Shown: one piece after another, positions 56,978 through 64,000 of the stretch
Layout: each line of letters begins with the position of its first letter
How positions within the stretch are numbered: the first letter of the stretch is position 1
Source of the DNA: Blastocladiella emersonii ATCC 22665
Lineage: Eukaryota; Fungi; Blastocladiomycota
Reading direction: 5' to 3'
Length of the DNA stretch: 64,000 nucleotides
NCBI GenBank assembly: GCA_025594325.1
Contig: JANHCV010000007.1
Coordinates: 248,001-312,000 of the forward strand
Made by a program: the position numbers and the translations under genes
The notes under the pieces: generated by a model
The model's database searches: none
What the model was told of the DNA's origin: nothing
Seen by the model: only the letters and a program-made list of their open reading frames with translations

Positions 56978-59900
56978 ATGAAGCAAAAGAAAAAGACTGG
57001 CGGCAAACGTACCGCCAAGGCCAAGCCGACATCGGCAACCAGCGAAGCCCCCGCGGTCGAACCCTCGCTGACGTGCGCTACGTTCGCTGCGAACGACTCA
57101 GCCGACCCGTACTTCCCCTACGGCCGGTCCTATGCGCGCGACCTCTTCTTCTACCATAACCCGCGCCTCGTTGACGGACTTGATGCGCTTGTCCTCCAAT
57201 GCGGCGACCTGCGCGATGTGGCGCGCACCATCGACGATGCCAAGCGGAAAAACGGAAACACCCAGCTCACTTTTGTCCTAAGCGACACGCACCCCGAGGT
57301 GATTGCGCGAAACTTGCTCGTCCTGCACGCCGTGGCTCAAGACACTACAGCGAACGTGGCCGAATGGACTCGACGCGTTGGCCAGCTGTACTACTCGTCT
57401 ATGCTTGATCCAGCTACGCTCGACTTTTGGCTTGCGCAGATGCGCGCGTGTATTGACGCGGATTGGACCCGCGCCGATGCGGCAGTCCGCGTCCTCGACG
57501 AGGAAACGCTGCGTGCCGTCCGTCGCTGCTGGGAGGCGTCGCTTGCTTGCGACTGGACGCCAACCAAGCTTTCGCAGGAGCGCAACGCCCATCTCGCTCA
57601 AGGGCGCAGCAAGGACGGCATTGCCTACATCGACGCTACTGTCGTCCGCCTCATGAGGCAGATGCGCGCAGTTTACACTCAGACCTTTACCCCCGCCCAT
57701 GCATCGACGATTGAACGCGAAGTCCGATCGGCACTTGCAGACGGGTTGTTTTTATTCGATCGGAACCCCGTCGATTACTCGACCGAGACCATCAGCTCGC
57801 TCGAGGTGAATCCCACCATGCTTCTTACTCGCGCGAACGGCTCACTCTCGTTCTCCGCCCCGCCTGCCTTCTCACCACTCGATGTCTTTTACATCGACCG
57901 GTCTGGCGTCCATTACAGCATGGGTCGAGCGCTTTTCGGACATGTGCAGGCGCTCATTGAAGCCTTTGGACCTCGCAACGACGTTCGTGGTGGCAAGCCG
58001 AGTGCGACTGAAACCACCCCCTTGGTGTGTCGCGTCGCTTTCATTGCTGGCCACCCTGTGCAAGTCACGGAGAAACTAGCTTCGCAGTATCTTGGGCACG
58101 AGCCTCATCATGATGACCCAACTCTACTCCGCTTCGATGTCGTTCAGACTGGCAACTTGATGGACACATGCGGGCTTCTCAATTTGTTGGTACACGCTTC
58201 GCCCCTGCTTGGCGTCGGATGGGGCGACGCGCGTTCTCTCATCTCGGCACATACTGACCACGCCGACACGATTGTAACCTCGCGCGTTGAATTTCTGCAA
58301 CGCATCACTGGGCTTCAGCTTGAAGCTTTCCCAACGCTGCTTGGGCTCGACCTCTTTGATTGCGCAAGCGTCGGCGACTTTTGGGCCATTGAAGTGACAC
58401 GCATTGCCTGGAGTGAAGACCAGGTCATGCGACATGATGGCCGCAGCCGCGAGGAATTTACTTTCTACGGACTTGCTTCCCCAAGCGTCCCGATTTCGCG
58501 ACGCGACTCGGCCTTCCTGCTTAACGCACTGGTCAAGTGCGCCGAGGAGCTCTGCGGGGACGATGCGGATGCACTCGCTGCCATTCCTGGTATGCATTTG
58601 ACGCGTATTTCCGTCCAAATCGACCACGCTAACACATTACTTGTGCAACATATAGCTGGCCCGCACGCGACGGGCGCGCTTCTGCCCAAGCTTCTTGTGA
58701 ATACTTTGGCCTCCGGGCGCTTGACGTGGACTGGTGCCACCATGGCTGATTCGGCGCCCTGGCCCGACATGCGCGGGCTGTGGTCCTCAGTTCGGACCAG
58801 TCGCTGGCTCGCGGCATGCGCGGCTGAAATCTTCGCACAAGCGCAGCTATATGGGTTCCCTATCAACGTTGGTGATATGCTCGGTGACAACCACGTTTAC
58901 CGCGTCGAGGGAACCTTTGACCGCGCCTTCACCGATACTACAGGCGCTGCGAATCCGCTTACGACTTTGGTGCTTGAACTTTCAGTCGGCTCCGTCGTGC
59001 ATCAGTTTCGCAGCCTGATTGTCCAGCGGCTTGGTGACGGAAATAAGCTTAGCGTCGCCACATACGTTCCGCGTTACATTGTTGAGGGCTCGCCATCGAC
59101 TAAACTGAAACTACGCGTCTGCCTCGACCATGGCTCCGCGCCAGACTCGGCGAATAACGTGTTGTGCGTTCAGCTTGTGTCCGTGTCAATGGCCAAGGTG
59201 TCTGTCAGCTCGCTCGCCGGAAAGACGGCCTGCATCGTCAAGTTTGCTGCCGTAACGCGGTATCTTGCCACTCAAAAGCAAGCAACGCCTTCCACAAAGC
59301 AGCCGCTCCTTCCTGTCCTCAGTGCCATTCAGTTCATTGACAAGATTGAACTCACGCTTTCGATTTCTTGGGCTCATCCTAATTCTGTCATCAAGCAAGC
59401 GGAGCCCTCGGAAACTGCAAACGCTCTTGGAGCAGCCGTTTTCATGGTCAACGACCAGCTACAGGCGCTCCGACTTGCATACCGCGTGCGGCCCAAATCC
59501 ATTGAAATTAATCGGCAGGAGCGTACTGTCTGCGCGACGTTCACGCCGTCATTTGTGCCCATCTCGTACCACGTCGGTCTTACGCCTCTCATCCCAAGCG
59601 TCCCCGACTACTCTCACTTGTACCCGGTTGGTTCGGGATTCAAGTTGGACCACACGGCGGCTTTCCATGCGGCAAGCTTTGTGCTCTCAGACGCCGACGT
59701 ACTCACCTTCAAGTCTCAGTATGATCCATTCGCAATGGATATGGTTTCACGCCAGCAGGAGGCATGGTTCATTCGAGCACACTTGCTTCGTATTTTCTCT
59801 GCTTATATTTCTGGTGTGCGGGTCGTCGAATTCGTCACACCGGGCTCAAGTGATGCCGTCAATGGACCTGTCTACTTGGGCGTTCTCATCTTGAACGGCG

Positions 59901-60409
59901 TGCAAGTGATTCCACCGCCCGATTCATCGCGTGCGCACACCCCCATCCTCGATGCGCTGTACCTGCCCAACCCGGAACTTGAGGAGGTGGTGAAACTTCT
60001 GACTCCCAAGCCGCAAAAGGCGAGCGGCCCATACCTCGCTCAAATCTCATCGAACTATCGCCCTCGCGGGCCCGAAACGCACACCATGCGACTCGAGATT
60101 GGACATGCGTACTTGGCGTGCCTCCTTACGTGCCTCGAACACAGTTTTTTCTCAGCGCCAAGCACGACCGTTGCAGACGAGGCTGGCGTCTTCGATCCGC
60201 GGTTCTTTGCGAAGATAGAGCGGCACCTGTACCGCATCTTCATTTTGCCAGCGTACCCCGCTCCCGGAGAGCAGTATCAGGTCCCTGTCCGTCTTCGCGC
60301 GGCTTCAAAAATGGCTGTCACAGCAGATGTGGAGCCGCACGAAGCCGAGCGCGCTGGAGCGGGCATTGAGGAAGACGCTGACGACGATCGCATTGTGGAG
60401 GTTGACTGA
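56978..60409 (+). CDS. Family B paralog B3 (DUF4470-type), intact; 66-bp stopless in-frame intron 58590-58655
   Basis: MKQKKKTGGKR start, LVLQCGDLRD, LSDTHPEVIARN, FDVVQTGNLMDTCGLLNLL. GTATGC...GCTAAC...TATAG intron at the conserved family position. Ends DDDRIVEVD with no MYND finger. Confidence 0.85.
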   Translation: MKQKKKTGGKRTAKAKPTSATSEAPAVEPSLTCATFAANDSADPYFPYGRSYARDLFFYHNPRLVDGLDALVLQCGDLRDVARTIDDAKRKNGNTQLTFVLSDTHPEVIARNLLVLHAVAQDTTANVAEWTRRVGQLYYSSMLDPATLDFWLAQMRACIDADWTRADAAVRVLDEETLRAVRRCWEASLACDWTPTKLSQERNAHLAQGRSKDGIAYIDATVVRLMRQMRAVYTQTFTPAHASTIEREVRSALADGLFLFDRNPVDYSTETISSLEVNPTMLLTRANGSLSFSAPPAFSPLDVFYIDRSGVHYSMGRALFGHVQALIEAFGPRNDVRGGKPSATETTPLVCRVAFIAGHPVQVTEKLASQYLGHEPHHDDPTLLRFDVVQTGNLMDTCGLLNLLVHASPLLGVGWGDARSLISAHTDHADTIVTSRVEFLQRITGLQLEAFPTLLGLDLFDCASVGDFWAIEVTRIAWSEDQVMRHDGRSREEFTFYGLASPSVPISRRDSAFLLNALVKCAEELCGDDADALAAIPGMHLTRISVQIDHANTLLVQHIAGPHATGALLPKLLVNTLASGRLTWTGATMADSAPWPDMRGLWSSVRTSRWLAACAAEIFAQAQLYGFPINVGDMLGDNHVYRVEGTFDRAFTDTTGAANPLTTLVLELSVGSVVHQFRSLIVQRLGDGNKLSVATYVPRYIVEGSPSTKLKLRVCLDHGSAPDSANNVLCVQLVSVSMAKVSVSSLAGKTACIVKFAAVTRYLATQKQATPSTKQPLLPVLSAIQFIDKIELTLSISWAHPNSVIKQAEPSETANALGAAVFMVNDQLQALRLAYRVRPKSIEINRQERTVCATFTPSFVPISYHVGLTPLIPSVPDYSHLYPVGSGFKLDHTAAFHAASFVLSDADVLTFKSQYDPFAMDMVSRQQEAWFIRAHLLRIFSAYISGVRVVEFVTPGSSDAVNGPVYLGVLILNGVQVIPPPDSSRAHTPILDALYLPNPELEEVVKLLTPKPQKASGPYLAQISSNYRPRGPETHTMRLEIGHAYLACLLTCLEHSFFSAPSTTVADEAGVFDPRFFAKIERHLYRIFILPAYPAPGEQYQVPVRLRAASKMAVTADVEPHEAERAGAGIEEDADDDRIVEVD

Positions 60410-60517
60410 ATCCCGAGCTGGATAGGGAATACATGTTTCGTGTATACATATCACATTTCATCGATTCGATCCTTTTTTGAGCGTTCGGGCGAGCGCGTGG
60501 GGGCGGAGACAAGGTGT

Positions 60518-60551
60518 GACGCGTCGGGATATCATGTGACCTCACGCGTTA
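60518..60551 (+). promoter_or_regulatory. Family-B upstream element, B4 copy
   Basis: gacgcgtcgggatatcatgtgacctcacgcgtt, with two ACGCGT sites. Confidence 0.35.
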
Positions 60552-60630
60552 GAGTCCGGCGTGGGAGCTCGTCCGCGAAAGCTCCGCGCCTGCCACTCTC
60601 GCTCCTCGCTCCCCGCCGATATTCACTACC

Positions 60631-63172
60631 ATGAAGCAAAAGAAAAAAGACTGGCGGCAAACGCTCCGCTAAAGGCCATGCAACCACTGCGGCCAGCAGG
60701 CTTCCCGTGGTCGAACCTTCGTTGACGTGCGCCACCCTTGCCCCTAGCGACTTGACCGACCCTTACCTTCCCTACGGCCAAGCTTACGCGCGCGACCTGT
60801 TCCTCTACCACAACCCGCGTTCGTTTCGCCGGCTCGATGCTCTCGTCTTCCAGTGCGGCGACCTGCGTGACGTGGCACGCACTTTTGACGACTCAAAACG
60901 TAAGTATGGCCGCGCGGACCTTACCTTTGTTCTTAGCAACGAACGGCCCGAGGTGCTTGCCCGAAACCTGCTTGTCCTACACGCAGTCGCTCTAAGCGAG
61001 GCTGCCCAAGTGCCGGACCTGGTTCGCCACGTTGGCCACCTCTACTACTCGTCGATGCTCAAGCCAGCTGCCCAAGGCTTCTGGCTCAAGCACATGCGCG
61101 CGTGCTTGGATGCCGATTGGACCCGCGAGGACGCCCAGGTCCGAGTGCTTGACGACGCCACATTGCGGGCCGTGCGTTGCTGTTGGGAGGCTTGGATTGC
61201 ATGCGACTGGTCCTCGACAAAGCTTTCTCAAGAGCGCACCGCTTACTTCGCTCGAGTTCGACTTGACGCGGATGGGGGCGGGCCTCTGCCGTCCCCCACC
61301 AGCCACTTCGTGGCCCGTGCACGGACAATGAACCCCGAAAACTTCTTGACTGGTGCTCGCGTCACGTCTCTTGAGGAAAAGTTATCGGTGTTTGCAGATG
61401 ACGTATTTTTGTTCGATTCGGGATCTGGCGCTAATTGTTCAACCGCGACCGACTCGCGGTGAACCCAACTTTGCTTCTTGTGGGTGCTGACGGCTCGCTG
61501 TCGCTCTCGGCTCCTCACACCTCGTCATTCGACGTCTTTATTGTCGATGCGGACGACCCTCAAGCGAGCATCCAGTGCGCCCTGGCGAAGACCGTTGGTA
61601 CGCTTCTCGAGGCGTTTGGACCTGGAAGCGACCGCCGTCGCTCCTCTGCTTTGACGGAACCCGCTCGCGGGGGCAAGTACGTTCCGACTCCAGCTGCCTT
61701 TCTGTGTCGCATCGCGTTCATTGCCGGGCACCCTATCGAGAGGTAATGGAAAGGCTCATTTCACAGAATCAGCTTCATCATTCCCGCCGACTGAACCCGC
61801 CGACGCAGCAGCTGATTCTTCAGCCGGCCCACCATGAGCAGCAGCTGCTCCGCTTCAACATTATCGACACGGGCAACTTGATGGACACGTGCGGGCTTCT
61901 CAACTTACTTGCGCACGCGTCGCCGCTTCTCGCGCCCGAGTGGAAGGAATCTCGCTCGTTGATCTTCACATGGACCGAGCACGCGCAGTCGATTGCTTCC
62001 TCGCGTGATGACTTCCTGCGCCGCGTCACGGGCCTCCCAATTGAAGCGTTCCCGACGCTCTTGGGTCTTAACCTTCCCGAGCGCGCGACTGATGCTTTTT
62101 GGGGCACGCAGGTCACACGTGTTGCTTGGAGTGAGGCGCAGGTCATGCGCAGTGGTGGTCGGAGTCGCGAGGAGTTTATATTCTACAAGATGCCCTCGCC
62201 GACGGTCCCGATCACGCTCCGTGACTCGCCATTCCTCCTCAACGCGCTTGTCCAGTGTACCGAGGAGCTTTTGGGGCCGGATTCAGTTTCTGTCGTCGGT
62301 GTTCATGGTACGGTTTTGTCCGTCTCGCCGTAACTCACACTGGCTTACTCATTTCGATTTGTAGGCGGACCGCACGCGACTGGCGCGTTGTTGCCGAAGC
62401 TGCTTGCTTTCGCCCTCGCTTCGGGCCGCCTGACATGGACTGGTGCCAAACAGCTCGACTCTGCCCCGTGGCCCGACATGCTTGAGTTTTGGTCGTCGAT
62501 TCGTGCCAGTCCTTGGCTTGCCGCGTGCGGCGCCGAAATCTTCGCGCAAGCGCAGCTTTACGGGTTCCCGATCAATGCCACCGACTTGACTAACGACAAA
62601 CTCTTGTACTGCGTTGAGGGCACTCTTGACCGCTCGCTCCTTGCATCCGCTGCGTTCTCGAGTCCGCTTACCGCCATGGTGCTTGAGATCTCAGTTGGGT
62701 CCGTCGTGCATCAGTTCCGCAGCCTGATCGTCCAGCCGATCAATGATGGGACGAAGCTTCGCGTCGCCGCCTACGTCCCTTGCCACGTTGTCGAGGCTTT
62801 GGGCAAGGGCCTCTACGTCCTCGTGCGCATTGATCGTGGTTACGCTCGCTCAGCCTCCGCGACACCTGATTGCGTTCCGCTTGCATCCGTTTCCAAGGCC
62901 AAACTGGGTGTTGACTCGCTCGTCAGCGTGACGAACAACATTTCCAAGGTTGCTGCAGCCACCCGGGTCCTTCCTATTCCCACTATCGCGACGCCTCCGA
63001 CCTTGCTTCCCATCGTCAGTACGGTTGAAACTGCAGACGGGGTTACGGTGACTATTTCGCGCTACTGCACCTACCCTTACTCTGTCGTCGCCCAGGTGCC
63101 AACCACTCTTGCAGTTAGTACTGCATTTCCGATTTCCTTTATGGTCAGTGACAAGGTCGAGGTTCTGCATCG
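60631..63172 (+). pseudogene. Family B paralog B4, multiply frameshifted and 3'-truncated
   Basis: Extra A at codon ~6 (AAGAAAAAAGACT vs B3 AAGAAAAAGACT), a -1 shift at ~61450 (before LAVNPT) and a shift at ~61738 (GAGAG). Intron 62308-62364. Homology to B3 stops at FMVSDKVEVLH (~63172). Confidence 0.75.
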
Positions 63173-64000
63173 CACTCCCTCTGGCGACTCGGCTGGCTCC
63201 CTCACGCCGCTGGATGCGCCGAGGTCGACCCGCTCAACTTCTCCAACGCTCCGCCCCGCGAGGCGAGCGCACGCATTCGACGTCCATTTGGCCAACACAG
63301 GGCCACCCTCAAGTTCATCAACAAACACCACTACTGCACGCAGTGCTTGCACTCGATGCACTCCCACGCCCCCAACCCCTCTGGGCGTGAAGAAGACCCA
63401 CCCGTGTGCCCGCCCACCACTGCGGCCCAGGCGGCTCTTGCTGCAGATCCCTCTGTCCGTCTTTGGCTGCTCGGCTCCCCAAGCACATCCTGAAGTGACA
63501 AGTCCAAAGGAACCGCGTGGTCGTCGCTGAATCATGCCCATCGGTGCATTGATTGACACAAAAGAAAAGAAAAGAAAAGACAAAACAGAAGAAGAAAAGA
63601 CAAAACAGAAGAGGAAAAAGAAAAACTGACATTCCTCTCGGGCCACGGCCGAAGCCACAGTACTGCTACTGACTTTCCGGCGTGCCCTTGCTCTCTCGCT
63701 GGCCAGCCCAGCATGTCGCCCTGCTCGGTCTCGATTATTGTTCATTCGCTCCCTCTCTCGCTACTGCTCGTTTAACGCTACTGGTCTGCTTTGCTCTGTC
63801 CGTCTGCTCTATCTTCACTCCTTCCCTCCCTACTTCCTTCCCCTTTGCTCCTCGACGTGCGTGGTCCAGGCCTTGCTGAATTGCAGCTCAGCCAGAAAAA
63901 GCCGGCGCCTGTCGTACAGTGGATACTCTGCTTGCAGGTGTCAACCGCTGTTAAGGAATAAATCAAAGGTTCCAAAAAAGGTCGAGGTTCTGCAGCTTCC
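63173..64000 (+). mobile_element. Possible LTR-retroelement remnant: gag-knuckle-like fragment, purine-rich tract, then TG-starting candidate LTR
   Basis: One frame reads RATLKFINKHHYCTQCLHSMH (C-x2-C-x4-H). Purine-rich tract 63560-63626 is followed directly by TGACA at 63627. AATAAA at ~63957. The segment replaces the B4 3' end. Confidence 0.25.

Noticed and set aside
56978-60409. Calling family B DNAAF3 (flagellar dynein assembly factor)
   Set aside because: Only DUF4470-type N-terminal motifs are shared. Length (~1100 aa), C-terminal region and tandem multiplicity fit the larger fungal DUF4470 class.

Overview
This is eukaryotic genomic DNA, GC-rich, with short (~57-102 bp) GT-AG introns, mostly GTAYG donors and CTAAC/CTGAC branch sites. 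An intact LYS2 (alpha-aminoadipate reductase) marks it as fungal. A solute-binding-protein class C GPCR, a GYG K+ channel with a cyclic-nucleotide-binding domain and a plant-type LRR receptor suggest an early-diverging zoosporic fungus (Blastocladiomycota/Chytridiomycota-like; inference). About 20 genes are present. A central block of single-copy genes (8-43 kb) is flanked by two expanding paralog families. Family A has six mitochondrial-presequence, PPR-like helical-repeat genes sharing a 'W.FF...CPPW...WTSLAEAAIRLGDG' C-terminal domain, in two oppositely oriented triplets (1-7.4 kb and 43.5-51 kb) linked by an inverted block duplication. Family B has four DUF4470-type, SAM-methyltransferase-like genes lacking the usual MYND finger (14-17.5 kb and a tandem triplet at 53-63 kb). 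Four paralogs carry frameshifts, mostly in homopolymer or dinucleotide runs. The single-copy genes include several catalytically stripped or domain-only derivatives: a Rad5/HLTF-like SNF2-RING protein without Walker A/B, next to a protein with only the USP7 UBL1-2 module; a stand-alone integrase H2C2 zinc-finger protein; and a stand-alone secreted I9 propeptide. The last DUF4470 copy is truncated by a possible LTR-retroelement remnant at the right edge. No rRNA, tRNA or CRISPR features were found. All domain calls are by-eye motif recognition, not database results.
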